Of a stretch of DNA of 64,000 bases, positions 49,632-59,808 are shown one piece after another (within the stretch, counting starts at the first letter, position 1; each line of letters begins with the position of its first letter). The translations under genes and the position numbers were made by a program. A model generated the notes under the pieces. The model ran no database searches. It was given only the letters and a program-made list of their open reading frames with translations, and had not been told where the DNA came from. The stretch is from IMG/VR virus record IMGVR_UViG_3300044632_001319; one strand, 5' to 3'. This stretch comes from a virus.

Positions 49632-50576
49632 ATGAACCCTGACAATTTTTTGTGGGTCGAAAAGTATCGACCAAAGACCATCTCGGAGTGTGTTCTCCCC
49701 ATGTCGCTGAAGTCAACCTTCAGCGACATGGTTGCTAAAGGAGAACCACAGAATTTACTGTTTTCGGGTACTGCTGGTGTCGGTAAGACAACCGTTGCCA
49801 AGGCACTTTGTAACGAAATGGGTTGCGATTGGATATTGATCAACTGCTCTGAAGAGGGCAACATTGATACACTACGCACAAAGATTCGTCAATTTGCCAG
49901 TACAGTCTCCCTGAGTGGAGATGTTCGTAAGGTAGTGATCCTTGACGAGTTTGACTATTCAAATGCTAACAGCATTCAACCTGCTCTTCGTGGAGCGATT
50001 GAGGAGTTTGCAAATAATTGCAGATTTATTCTGACCTGTAATTACAAGTCAAGGATTATCGAACCGATACACTCCCGATGCACATGCATCGATTTTTCTC
50101 TACCAGTCAACGAGAAACCAGCAATTGCTGCTAAAATGATGGAGCGTTGTTGCCATATCTTGACACAGGAGGGAATCTCTTACGATAAAAAGATTTTAGG
50201 TCAACTGATTCTAAAGTATTTCCCAGATATGCGTAGAATCATCAATGAACTCCAACGATACGGGGTATCTGGAACCATTGATATTGGGATTCTAGCAAAT
50301 GTCAGTGACGTAGAGATCAAGAATCTCATGGGTGCTCTTAAGGCAAAGGACTTTGCCACTGTTCGTAAGTGGGCAGCATTGAATGCAGAGAACGCTCCAC
50401 AGGAACTTTACAGGAAACTCTACGATGCCCTGGGAGACTATCTGGAGAATCAGAGCATTCCAGAGGCAATCCAGATCATTGCAAAGTCCCAGTACCGATC
50501 TGCGTTCGTTGCTGATCAAGAGATTCAACTGATGGATTGCCTGATTCGCATTATGTTGATGTGCTCATTCAAATAA
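49632..50576 (+). CDS. gp44: Clamp loader large subunit gp44
   Basis: LWVEKYRP, G.AGVGKTT, ILDEFD, FILTCN, SRC, FPD.RR..NELQ; ATG at 49632 preferred. Confidence 0.97.
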   Translation: MNPDNFLWVEKYRPKTISECVLPMSLKSTFSDMVAKGEPQNLLFSGTAGVGKTTVAKALCNEMGCDWILINCSEEGNIDTLRTKIRQFASTVSLSGDVRKVVILDEFDYSNANSIQPALRGAIEEFANNCRFILTCNYKSRIIEPIHSRCTCIDFSLPVNEKPAIAAKMMERCCHILTQEGISYDKKILGQLILKYFPDMRRIINELQRYGVSGTIDIGILANVSDVEIKNLMGALKAKDFATVRKWAALNAENAPQELYRKLYDALGDYLENQSIPEAIQIIAKSQYRSAFVADQEIQLMDCLIRIMLMCSFK

Positions 50577-50577
50577 T

Positions 50578-50949
50578 ATGCTTTCCGAATTCCTAAACTC
50601 AATCAACCAAACAAAGGAAAACCTCATAAAGAGTGACCCAAAACTCGAAAAGGAGTATATTCCTTACGTTACTAATAAGTGTTTTTCTTATTTTCCAGAA
50701 ACAATACTACATGCGTCCAAGATGAATGCTTGTGCTTTTCTGGATAAAAAGATACAATACGACTATTACCTGTATGCCTTGAGCAAGAAAAAGAGGTTTT
50801 CTAAGTGGGTAAAACCAGAAAAAGAGGAAAAGATAGCACTCATCAAAGAGGTTTACGGGTATTCTGACAGGCAAGCAAGAAATGTAGCAGACCTTCTAAA
50901 CCTAGAAGACCTCAAGCAACTAAGTCGAAAAGGTGGTCAAAAACGGTAA
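50578..50949 (+). CDS. gp62: Clamp loader small subunit gp62
   Basis: LNSIN.TK, Y.PY..N...S, QYDY, KRFSKW.K, YGYS...A, GG. Confidence 0.93.
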   Translation: MLSEFLNSINQTKENLIKSDPKLEKEYIPYVTNKCFSYFPETILHASKMNACAFLDKKIQYDYYLYALSKKKRFSKWVKPEKEEKIALIKEVYGYSDRQARNVADLLNLEDLKQLSRKGGQKR

Positions 50950-50985
50950 AACCCTAAATAATTTCTGTCAAAATGGGAGTATATT

Positions 50986-51384
50986 ATGACAGAAGATATT
51001 TTTGAAGGTTTGGGTGTAGAAGTAAAATTGAAGAAGGAAGAAGATTTCCTTAAAGTAAAGGAAACACTTACTCGCATAGGTGTGTCTTCCAAAACAGAAA
51101 AGAAACTTTACCAATCTTGCCATATTCTCCACAAACGTGGTAGATATGCAATCATGCATTTTAAGGAAATGTTTGTTTTAGATGGTCTAGACAGTGACAT
51201 GTCTACCGATGATTTGGGTAGAAGAAACACGATTGTAAAGTTATTGGTAGAGTGGGGATTGGTTGAAGTAGTAGATCGTACAAAATACGAACAACCACAA
51301 CTTTCGCTTGCAAGATTGAAAATTATTCCACACAAAGAAAAGTCAGAATGGACACTTGTACCAAAGTACCATATAGGAAAGTGA
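50986..51384 (+). CDS. regA: Translational repressor RegA
   Basis: DFLKVKETLTRIGV.S...LYQSCHILHK.GRY.I.HFKE.F.LDG, RRN.I..LL..WGL, KY.IG. Confidence 0.97.
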   Translation: MTEDIFEGLGVEVKLKKEEDFLKVKETLTRIGVSSKTEKKLYQSCHILHKRGRYAIMHFKEMFVLDGLDSDMSTDDLGRRNTIVKLLVEWGLVEVVDRTKYEQPQLSLARLKIIPHKEKSEWTLVPKYHIGK

Positions 51385-51411
51385 CATACATAATAGTGGA
51401 GAATTTACAAT

Positions 51412-52245
51412 ATGAAAAAAATGCAAGCAATTGGTGCTCCATTTACCATAGAACATTCATCTTGTTCAGATTTAAAACCAAAAGAATTTGATTGGACCCC
51501 CGATGACCACCCCATAAAGGTATTCATTGACGGTGCAATTGCATCTGGTATAAGTTACCAAAAAAAATTAGGAGAGAGAAAGATAGCATGGGTCTGCGAG
51601 TCCCGTGTTATCTTTCATTCCATGCATTTCCCAAGAGACATCTGGGAAAACAATATAGTCATGATTGCTTCATCTTTTGATCTTCTGTTCACATCAGAAA
51701 AATCAATGGTAGATAAACATCCCAACATCAGATACTGCCCAGCAGGAAGCAATCTGCCATGGATCAAAGAACAAGAAGTCTATCCCAAAACAAAAATGAC
51801 ATCACTGATTGCATCACCAAAAAAGTATGCATTTGGTCATGCACTTCGTCATTCATTGGCAGAAAAGTGGAAAGATAACGTAGATCTATATGGTGGTGTG
51901 ATGGGATCAAAGCGAGTCGGAAGCACCACATGGGATAAATTAGAAGCACTAAAAGATTATCGTTTTTCAATAATCATTGAGAATGATAAGTATGAAACAT
52001 ATTACACAGAAAAACTAACAGATTGTTTTGCAACAGGAACCATCCCTGTATATTGGGGTGCTCCTGACATTGAAACTCATTTCAATAAAGATGGTATCAT
52101 AACACTAACTGGTGACTTTGATATCAATTCTTTGACTGAAGAATTATACAACAGCAAATTGAATTCGGTTATAGATAACTTTAATCGTGTTAAAGGTCTA
52201 AGAATGGCAGATGATGAATTATTTGGACTAATCCGTGAAAACTGA
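51412..52245 (+). CDS. GT10-family (alpha-1,3-fucosyltransferase-like) glycosyltransferase
   Basis: YRFSIIIEN...Y.TEKL.DCF..GTIPVYWG alpha-1,3-FucT motif. Confidence 0.8.
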   Translation: MKKMQAIGAPFTIEHSSCSDLKPKEFDWTPDDHPIKVFIDGAIASGISYQKKLGERKIAWVCESRVIFHSMHFPRDIWENNIVMIASSFDLLFTSEKSMVDKHPNIRYCPAGSNLPWIKEQEVYPKTKMTSLIASPKKYAFGHALRHSLAEKWKDNVDLYGGVMGSKRVGSTTWDKLEALKDYRFSIIIENDKYETYYTEKLTDCFATGTIPVYWGAPDIETHFNKDGIITLTGDFDINSLTEELYNSKLNSVIDNFNRVKGLRMADDELFGLIREN

Positions 52246-52894
52246 AATTGTATCATTTTATTGCGATATTGATAATAGAACATATTACAGCGATCATTCT
52301 CGAAGATTGAGAATTAACTGTAATGAGAATAATATTCCTCACGACATCCGTGAATTGCCTTCGCGTGGCGAGTATAGATTGAATTGTTTGGCAAAACCCA
52401 AATTTATTCTTTCTATTCTGGAAGAGAAGAAAAAACCATTTGTCTGGATGGATGTCGATTCGATCATACATGCAGAACTTGATATTTTTGATCCTCTATC
52501 GGAATCAGTTGATATGGCATTTGCATATCAAAGTATCTTTCCTCATATAGATTATAGTTATCCAAAAGCATCTCCAATTCTTTTTACATACAAAGATATT
52601 GTCATAGAATTTGTAAAATACTGGATTGCCATGTGTGAAGAGAATGAACGCAATCAGAACCAAAGAAAGGTATTTGATCACGAAATATTAATGGAAAAAG
52701 TAATTCCTGTATTCTTTCCTAAGATGAAAGTTGCTGCGTTGGGAATGAATTATGCAATATGGCCTGGAAATCCTATCTCACCCGAGTTGAAACCTATGAT
52801 CACTATGGGTATTGCAGACGGACCATCCAAAGAAAAATCACTCAGGGAAATGGGATTGTCAGAGCATATGGTTAAATTTAACTTAGTGGGGTAA
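52235..52894 (+). CDS. GT-A nucleotide-diphospho-sugar transferase (GT77/GT34-like)
   Basis: KP.FI...L.......VWMDVDS (DxD), later FDHE. Confidence 0.65.
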   Translation: MKTEIVSFYCDIDNRTYYSDHSRRLRINCNENNIPHDIRELPSRGEYRLNCLAKPKFILSILEEKKKPFVWMDVDSIIHAELDIFDPLSESVDMAFAYQSIFPHIDYSYPKASPILFTYKDIVIEFVKYWIAMCEENERNQNQRKVFDHEILMEKVIPVFFPKMKVAALGMNYAIWPGNPISPELKPMITMGIADGPSKEKSLREMGLSEHMVKFNLVG

Positions 52895-52899
52895 TAAAA

Positions 52900-54417
52900 A
52901 TGAATGCTACAATTTATAATGCTGATTATTTTGGTTTTGGTCCTATAGACTTAGATTTTCCATGTGAAATACATTTTACACGATTTGGAAATACTGATTC
53001 TGCGTTACATTTCAAATACAATAAATTAGAACCAGTTTATGATAACATTAATTTTACTAATAATAGTTCATTTAAAGTTTTTGTTTGTTCTAACGAACCT
53101 TCAACTTCTACTAATAGAGAAACAAATGTTAATATTATTACAAATTCTAATCAATATGATTTAATATTAACTTCTGAAGAAGAAATAATCAATAACTGTG
53201 ATAATGCTGTATTTTTTCCATATGGTGGAACTTGGTTAAATAAAAAGAAAGAAAATCATTTAGATTCGTTAGGTGTATTTGATGAATCACAAATACCAAT
53301 TCTTAATAAAGAATATAATGTATCTTTTTTATCAACATCACATCTAGGAAAAATAGGATACAATTTAAGATGTATGATTTGGAATCAAAGAAATAAAATT
53401 GAATTGAATACTAAATTTTATTCTAGTACAAGACATCCAACAAATACATTAAATTTTTCAAATACATTACATGATGGATTAATACCAAATGACGATAAAA
53501 TCAATTTGTTTAATTCTATGTTTAGTATTGCTGTAGAAAGTAGTTACGAAAAAAACTACTTTACAGAAAAACTAATTGATTGTTTGTTAACAAAAACAGT
53601 TCCTATTTATTGGGGATGTCCTAATATCAGTGATTTTTTCGATGATCGTGGAATTATATCGTTTAAAACATATGAAGAATTTTTAATAAAGATAAATTCT
53701 ATAAATGAAAAAACTTATAATGAAATGAAACCATATATTGATGCTAATTATGAAAAAGCAAAAGAATATGGTAGAGATTTATTTCACAGAGTAAAAGAAC
53801 AAATAATAAAATATAGAAATGAAAAATTATCTAAAACTGATATTTTATGGACAATAGGAATATTGACAGTTCCTGAAAGAAAAGATAAGTTATCAAGATT
53901 AATCAAAAAGATAGACGATCAAGTTCTAGTTAGCATTGCAAATAGAATTGAATTGATTATTGTTAGTGATGATAAAACTAGAACTGTTGGTGATAAAAGA
54001 AATGAAGTTTTGGACAAAGCAAATGGCAAATATGTATGTTTTATTGATGACGACGACTTGATATCACCAAATTACATTCCTAAAATTTTTAATAAATTGC
54101 ATAAAGAAATATATGATGGAATTGGATTTTGGGGTATGTACTATGTTTCAGAAAACCCTACAATGTTGTTCAATCATGCAAACATAAATAATGGACACTT
54201 CAAGAAAGATGGAAAGCAATATCGTCCATTAAATCATTTAAATCCAGTAAGAACTGAAATTGCAAAAGCAATTAGATTCCCTGATAAAAATTATGCTGAA
54301 GATTCGGATTATTGTGATCGTTTGTTGGAATCAGGTTTAGTGAAAAGTGAGTATAATTTTGATGAAGTCATGTACCATTACTTGTGGTCGCCACAAGAAA
54401 CATTAACACAAAAATGA
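52900..54417 (+). CDS. GT10-like plus GT2 fusion glycosyltransferase
   Basis: FSIAVE....NYFTEKLIDC...KTVPIYWG, then G.KRN......A.GKYV.FIDDDD and EDSD. Confidence 0.8.
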   Translation: MNATIYNADYFGFGPIDLDFPCEIHFTRFGNTDSALHFKYNKLEPVYDNINFTNNSSFKVFVCSNEPSTSTNRETNVNIITNSNQYDLILTSEEEIINNCDNAVFFPYGGTWLNKKKENHLDSLGVFDESQIPILNKEYNVSFLSTSHLGKIGYNLRCMIWNQRNKIELNTKFYSSTRHPTNTLNFSNTLHDGLIPNDDKINLFNSMFSIAVESSYEKNYFTEKLIDCLLTKTVPIYWGCPNISDFFDDRGIISFKTYEEFLIKINSINEKTYNEMKPYIDANYEKAKEYGRDLFHRVKEQIIKYRNEKLSKTDILWTIGILTVPERKDKLSRLIKKIDDQVLVSIANRIELIIVSDDKTRTVGDKRNEVLDKANGKYVCFIDDDDLISPNYIPKIFNKLHKEIYDGIGFWGMYYVSENPTMLFNHANINNGHFKKDGKQYRPLNHLNPVRTEIAKAIRFPDKNYAEDSDYCDRLLESGLVKSEYNFDEVMYHYLWSPQETLTQK

Positions 54418-55151
54418 ATAAACTTTATATTAGACAATATGCTGGACTCGGAGATATTTTTTTTCTACAAAAACTAGTAAATAATTTTATAGATTTAGGT
54501 TATGATGAAATAATCTGGCCAGTTATTAAACATTATGAATATTTAAAAGAATATAATGAAAATGAAAAAATAAAGTATATTTCAATAGATTCTATGAGTG
54601 ATGAACTACAAAACTTGTATTTGCAGAATACAATTTCTAAAGTAAATGATACTAGTTTATATCTCCCAATAGATAAACTTTGTCATGTTGAAGGAAATTG
54701 TAATAATTTTATGGAACAAAAATATCATTCATTTCAGTTAAATTTTAATGATTGGCAAAAATATTGTAAATTTAAAAGATACCCAGAGCGAGAAAATAAA
54801 TGTAGAGAATATTTTGGCATCGATAAGGGGGATAAATTTATATTTGTTAATAATATTTTTGCTTCTCCTCCAGAAACTTATATTAGAGAGATGAATTATT
54901 CTACTAATTTTAAAATAGTTGAACACAAACTAGAGCATTTGAATATGTTTAAATTTTTTGATTTTTCATGGTTATTGGAAAATGCAGAAGAAATTCATAC
55001 TGTAGAAACTTCATTATGTTACTTGATTGAATGTTTAGATACAAAAGCTTCTTTGAATTTATATTCGAGAAAAATAAATGGATATAATCAATATTTAAAT
55101 TTTGATTATATTAAAAATATTTACAAAAAAGAATGGAATAAAATATTATGA
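54414..55151 (+). CDS. Putative GT-B glycosyltransferase-like protein
   Basis: GLGD.F N-terminus, LLENA.EIH.VETS; island context. Confidence 0.5.
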   Translation: MNKLYIRQYAGLGDIFFLQKLVNNFIDLGYDEIIWPVIKHYEYLKEYNENEKIKYISIDSMSDELQNLYLQNTISKVNDTSLYLPIDKLCHVEGNCNNFMEQKYHSFQLNFNDWQKYCKFKRYPERENKCREYFGIDKGDKFIFVNNIFASPPETYIREMNYSTNFKIVEHKLEHLNMFKFFDFSWLLENAEEIHTVETSLCYLIECLDTKASLNLYSRKINGYNQYLNFDYIKNIYKKEWNKIL

Positions 55152-55519
55152 TGGTAGAAGTTTCAGTTGGTGAAGTAATTGATAAATATACTATTTTAGA
55201 AATCAAGGAAGAACATATTACAGATTCTTCCAAGTTAAGTAATATCAAAAAAGAAAAATTTATAATTCAAAAAGAACTTGAAAAGATGAATTATCTTAAT
55301 AAGTTTGCTTCTGAAATAGCAGAACTGAAAGATATTAATTCACATTTGTGGAAGATTGAAGATGACATCAGAATCAAAGAATCAAGATTAGAATTCGATG
55401 AAGAATTTATTGAACTTGCACGATCTGTCTATATGACAAATGATCGTAGATTTGCTGTCAAGAATCGAATTAATACGTTATCAAATTCAAATATTAAAGA
55501 AGAAAAGTCGTATTCTTAA
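55148..55519 (+). CDS. DUF6165-like protein
   Basis: VSVGEVIDK.TILEIK, L..IN..LW.IED.IR, FIELARSVY.TND.R...K..IN. Confidence 0.8.
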   Translation: MMVEVSVGEVIDKYTILEIKEEHITDSSKLSNIKKEKFIIQKELEKMNYLNKFASEIAELKDINSHLWKIEDDIRIKESRLEFDEEFIELARSVYMTNDRRFAVKNRINTLSNSNIKEEKSYS

Positions 55520-55536
55520 TACAATATGGATTCATT

Positions 55537-56184
55537 ATGCCCAATAATAGAGAAGAACATATAAATTATACGAGAAGAGAATGGGAAACTTGGTCAATTT
55601 TTAAATTTATTCTTGATAAATTGAATAATTTGAATATAAAGACTGTTGTTGATCTTGGAGCAAATGTTGGAGAAGTCTCTAATGTATTTTTTGAGAAGAT
55701 ACCATCAATAGAAAATTTATATCTGTTTGAACCACAAAATGATAATTTTAACTTTATCTTCGATAGATTTCAAAATAATTCAAAATTTAAATTATTTAAA
55801 TATGGAATTTATTATGGTAAGGAACAATCAAACTTGTATAGACAAGATTCAAATGTTGGTGGATACTCCGTAGAAAAAAATATAATAGAAGAATATGAGA
55901 CTGTAGATCTTAAACCTTTAGAATATTTTAATATTAAAAATATTGATTTTATAAAAATTGATATCGAAGGTGCTGAATATAATGTTTTGCAAAATTCAAC
56001 TATTTTGAAAGAAATTCCATATGTGCTGGTAGAAGCACATCCACATGGATTTGATTTGTCGATATTGAATAAAATAAATTTGCATCAATATTTTTTAAAT
56101 TATTTAACTGAACATCTTAATACACACGATTTGATTTATTGCGATTCTGTTCAATATCAATATTTTTTGGAGAAAAAGAAATGA
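55537..56184 (+). CDS. FkbM-family SAM methyltransferase
   Basis: VDLGANVG, FEP, IKIDIEGAE. Confidence 0.88.
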   Translation: MPNNREEHINYTRREWETWSIFKFILDKLNNLNIKTVVDLGANVGEVSNVFFEKIPSIENLYLFEPQNDNFNFIFDRFQNNSKFKLFKYGIYYGKEQSNLYRQDSNVGGYSVEKNIIEEYETVDLKPLEYFNIKNIDFIKIDIEGAEYNVLQNSTILKEIPYVLVEAHPHGFDLSILNKINLHQYFLNYLTEHLNTHDLIYCDSVQYQYFLEKKK

Positions 56185-56963
56185 AAGTATTAGATATTGT
56201 TTTACAGGGCCCTATATGGAAAACTACAGTGGATACTGCAAAGTATTATCTGGAATTGCCATTTGTCAATAAAGTTATTATATCCACTTGGGATGATGAA
56301 CCCATTAATGAATATAATGAAAATGGTATAGAAGTTATAAAATCAAATAAACCTGTTAATGGAGTTGGTAATATGAATTACCAAATAGTTTCTTCGTTTG
56401 AAGGAATTAAAAAAACAGAGTCCAAACTTGTAGCAAAAATGAGATCTGATCAAATAATTCATAAAGACAGTATGAATTATCTTAACAATTTTATAACTGA
56501 TAATATAGATGATACTGATTTAATGTATTCTGATGGATCAAAAAGAAAAGGAAATGTATTTGTGATAGGAATGAATAAAATATTTCCATTCCATCCACAA
56601 GACCATATCTTTTGGGGATATAGGGAAGATGTTTATAGGGTGTTTGATATACCACTAAAACCAGCAAGGATGAAAAGAGACACGGCAGATTTCACAAAAG
56701 AAGTGCGATGTAACATTTATTTGGGAGCAATGTATTTTAAGCAGTTTTATCCAGAAGTGGAAAAGTATATTGATAATTTTGAAGATTATTTGGTAGACAA
56801 TCCAAAAAAGTTAGATGCTCTAATCCTGTCAGAAAAAACAAGAGATAAAGTTTTTAAAGTTCTTCCTAAATTTAGTATGTTTTGGGAGAAATATAAATGG
56901 GATGCATATCCATATTCTTGGTATGGGTCTATGGGTGAATACTATTATGAAGATTTAAAATGA
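56181..56963 (+). CDS. WavE-like LPS/glycan synthesis protein
   Basis: IVLQGP, VIISTW, N.NYQI.SS..G, K.RSD, FHP.DH.F.G. Confidence 0.75.
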   Translation: MKVLDIVLQGPIWKTTVDTAKYYLELPFVNKVIISTWDDEPINEYNENGIEVIKSNKPVNGVGNMNYQIVSSFEGIKKTESKLVAKMRSDQIIHKDSMNYLNNFITDNIDDTDLMYSDGSKRKGNVFVIGMNKIFPFHPQDHIFWGYREDVYRVFDIPLKPARMKRDTADFTKEVRCNIYLGAMYFKQFYPEVEKYIDNFEDYLVDNPKKLDALILSEKTRDKVFKVLPKFSMFWEKYKWDAYPYSWYGSMGEYYYEDLK

Positions 56964-57691
56964 TTTCATTTAATGGTCACTCTGGATGCTCTATAAAGAT
57001 GTTATCGGATGGTATTGTCAGAAAAACATCATCCAATACTGATTATAACAGTAGATTACAAAATCAGATGTTAAAGCAAAAACAGTTTTATCATCCAGTT
57101 ATAAGGACAACGGATATAGTTGATTGTGGTTATAATTCAGATGGATTATTTTATTTTGATATGAAATATATTCGTGGTGTAAATCTATCGATATATTTTC
57201 AACAAAATACTTTAAATTCTTGCATGAAAATAATAGATTTGTTTTCTAGTTTTAATACTGAAAACCAAATTGATATTAGTGACGCAATTAATAAAAAAAT
57301 AAGAACTATTAATATTGATGAAGAATCATTGAAATTAATTACAGATCAAAGATGGACGGTATCTAGTGGATATTGTCATGGTGATTTGACATTCGAAAAT
57401 GTTCTGATAAATAGTGATGGTGTCTATCTTATAGATTTTTTAGATTCTTTTGTCGAATGTCCAATTATTGATGAATCTAAATTGTTGCAAGATTCTTTTT
57501 GTTATTGGTCATTTAAAAACAATATTCCAAAAAGAAAACTTATTACGGTTTGTGATAAGTTTGACACCAGACAACACTATTGTATGTTGTTGTTGCATTT
57601 ATTTAGAATAATACCATATGCAAATGCAGCAAAGAAAGAAAATTTATTATGTATGATAAATCGAGTGAAGACCAAAATAAACCAATTTTAA
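56960..57691 (+). CDS. APH/choline-kinase-like phosphotransferase
   Basis: GHSGC, VRK, CHGDLTFEN.L, LIDF, D..KL.QD. Confidence 0.8.
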   Translation: MISFNGHSGCSIKMLSDGIVRKTSSNTDYNSRLQNQMLKQKQFYHPVIRTTDIVDCGYNSDGLFYFDMKYIRGVNLSIYFQQNTLNSCMKIIDLFSSFNTENQIDISDAINKKIRTINIDEESLKLITDQRWTVSSGYCHGDLTFENVLINSDGVYLIDFLDSFVECPIIDESKLLQDSFCYWSFKNNIPKRKLITVCDKFDTRQHYCMLLLHLFRIIPYANAAKKENLLCMINRVKTKINQF

Positions 57692-58719
57692 TAATACCAG
57701 CTGCTGGAAAGTCATCTAGATTTCAAAATATGAAACCAAAATGGATGCTTACACATCCATCTGGAAAATTAATGATTGAAAAAGTAGTAGAAGGATTATC
57801 TATTAATGATTATTCTATGATCTATTTTGTAGTTTTGAAAGAGCATTGTCAAAAATATGAGGCAGATGTAATATTGAAACAATGTTTTCATAACATATCA
57901 CATAAAGTGGTAATACTGGAAGAGTCTACAAACAGTAGTCCAGAAACTGTATATAATTGTTTAATAAAAGAAAATATTAGTGGATCAATAGTAGTAAAGG
58001 ATTGTGATTGTTTAGTATCATATAATAGTCCAAATATGACAAATTTTGTTGTTGGTATAGATGTCAATTCCACTATTAAAAATATTCAACAAAAATCATT
58101 TATATTAGTCAATCAAGACAATATTATACAAGAAATAGTAGAAAAGAAAATAGTTTCTGATAAGATTTGTCTTGGGGTGTATGGGATGAATTCTTATAAT
58201 TTTATAAAATCATTTTTTCGCTTGAATCAAACTATAGGAACAGAATTATATTTTAGTCATATAATTTCAGACATTATTGATACTGATAATAAAGTTTTTG
58301 TTGAGATAGATGCAACAGAATTTATAGATTGGGGAACTAAAGAAGAATGGTTTTCTTCGGCAAACCTTAAAAATACATATTTTGTAGACATTGATGGTGT
58401 CATGTTGGTAAATACTGGAAAATACGGAAGTAAAAATTGGTATAATACAATAGAACCTATAGAACAAAATATATCAACAATCAAACAGTTATCGGATGAA
58501 GGTCATGAAATTATTTTTGTAACTTCAAGACCTTTCGATGCACTTCAAAAATTTAAAGATCTATTGAAGAATAGAAATATAAAATATAAAACTATAATTG
58601 ATTCGTGTCTACATTCTAAACGAATCATCATTAATGATTTTGCAGCAAGTAATCCATTTCCAAGTTGCTTGGCAATAAATATTCCAAGAGATGAACTTAT
58701 TGAATCTTATTTGAGGTAA
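57649..58719 (+). CDS. Sugar nucleotidyltransferase fused to a HAD phosphatase
   Basis: IIPAAG.SSRF...PK, KDCD, DWGT; C-terminal FVDIDG, TSR, IIND. Confidence 0.8.
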   Translation: MYDKSSEDQNKPILIIPAAGKSSRFQNMKPKWMLTHPSGKLMIEKVVEGLSINDYSMIYFVVLKEHCQKYEADVILKQCFHNISHKVVILEESTNSSPETVYNCLIKENISGSIVVKDCDCLVSYNSPNMTNFVVGIDVNSTIKNIQQKSFILVNQDNIIQEIVEKKIVSDKICLGVYGMNSYNFIKSFFRLNQTIGTELYFSHIISDIIDTDNKVFVEIDATEFIDWGTKEEWFSSANLKNTYFVDIDGVMLVNTGKYGSKNWYNTIEPIEQNISTIKQLSDEGHEIIFVTSRPFDALQKFKDLLKNRNIKYKTIIDSCLHSKRIIINDFAASNPFPSCLAINIPRDELIESYLR

Positions 58720-58721
58720 TT

Positions 58722-59717
58722 ATGAATATAATGGTCACAGGAGCAGCAGGTGGTATTGGATCTACTGTTTGTAATTCTTTAGATTTCCATGGTCATAAAT
58801 TGACTATGATTGATAATTTAGAATATGGTTATATAGAAAATATAAAATACAATAGACAATATGATAATTTTTACAAATATGATATTCGCGAATTGAATCC
58901 AAATAAGTTTCAACCAACCATAGAATATGATGCTATTTTGCATTTGGCAGCAATCACATCACTACCAGAATGTGAAAACAATGTTCAAAAAACTATTTCG
59001 GTCAATTTAGAGGGAACTGCTAATATTTTAGAATTTGCCAGAAAACGAAATATTCCTTATGTGTTTTTTACTAGCACCAGTGCTGTTTATGAAAATAATA
59101 AACAAGACACATTAGAGGAATCATATCCAGTATCTCCTAGACTTTGGTATTCTTTATCTAAAAAAATGTCTGAAGATTTGTGTGAATCGTATAGAAATAA
59201 TTATGGGATGACGATAACCACTGCTAGATTGTTTAATGTTTTTGGACCAAAACAGGATATGTATAGAAAAAATCCACCATTAATAAATTATCTTGTTAGG
59301 GAATTTATTAATAATAGACAACCTATTTTGCATTCAACTGGATTACAACGAAGAGATTATATAAACATTGATGATGTTATTGGATTTTTAAATTCTTGTT
59401 TGGTAAAACAACCAAATATGATTTTAAATGTTTGTACTGGTAAAACAATAACAGTTCGAGATATAGTTGATATTGTTAGAAAGACTTTAAATGTAAAAAT
59501 CGAACCAATATACAGAGATGCAACAATGTTGTGGGATTCATATCCAGAATTATTTTCTGGCAATTATTCTCTGTCGAAAGATGTGGTATTCAGTGAAACT
59601 AATAAAGTATGTAGAGGATCAAATCTTCTAGCACAACAAATACTCGGATGGAAACCTAGTATTGAGATCGATGAATCCATACAACAAACAGTCTTAAAAA
59701 TTAAGGATAATATATGA
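58722..59717 (+). CDS. NAD-dependent nucleotide-sugar epimerase/dehydratase (extended SDR)
   Basis: VTGAAGGIG, HLAA, STSAVY, YSLSK, RLFNVFGP, RDYI.I.D. Confidence 0.9.
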   Translation: MNIMVTGAAGGIGSTVCNSLDFHGHKLTMIDNLEYGYIENIKYNRQYDNFYKYDIRELNPNKFQPTIEYDAILHLAAITSLPECENNVQKTISVNLEGTANILEFARKRNIPYVFFTSTSAVYENNKQDTLEESYPVSPRLWYSLSKKMSEDLCESYRNNYGMTITTARLFNVFGPKQDMYRKNPPLINYLVREFINNRQPILHSTGLQRRDYINIDDVIGFLNSCLVKQPNMILNVCTGKTITVRDIVDIVRKTLNVKIEPIYRDATMLWDSYPELFSGNYSLSKDVVFSETNKVCRGSNLLAQQILGWKPSIEIDESIQQTVLKIKDNI

Positions 59718-59780
59718 ACATTGATACTGTTGTATGGTTGATTATTCATCAAATTCTAGTCCAAATGCTGATGTTGTCTT

Positions 59781-59788
59781 TATAAATA
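59781..59788 (+). promoter_or_regulatory. T4-type late promoter inside the glycan island
   Basis: TATAAATA followed by an AAAGGA RBS and ATG at 59809. Confidence 0.55.
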
Positions 59789-59808
59789 CAAGAAAGGAAT
59801 TATAGAAT

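Noticed and set aside
32139-50576. Introns, inteins or homing endonucleases in gp17, gp20, gp23, uvsW, gp46, gp44
   Set aside because: Lengths are normal, and no intein or LAGLIDADG/GIY-YIG/HNH motifs were seen.
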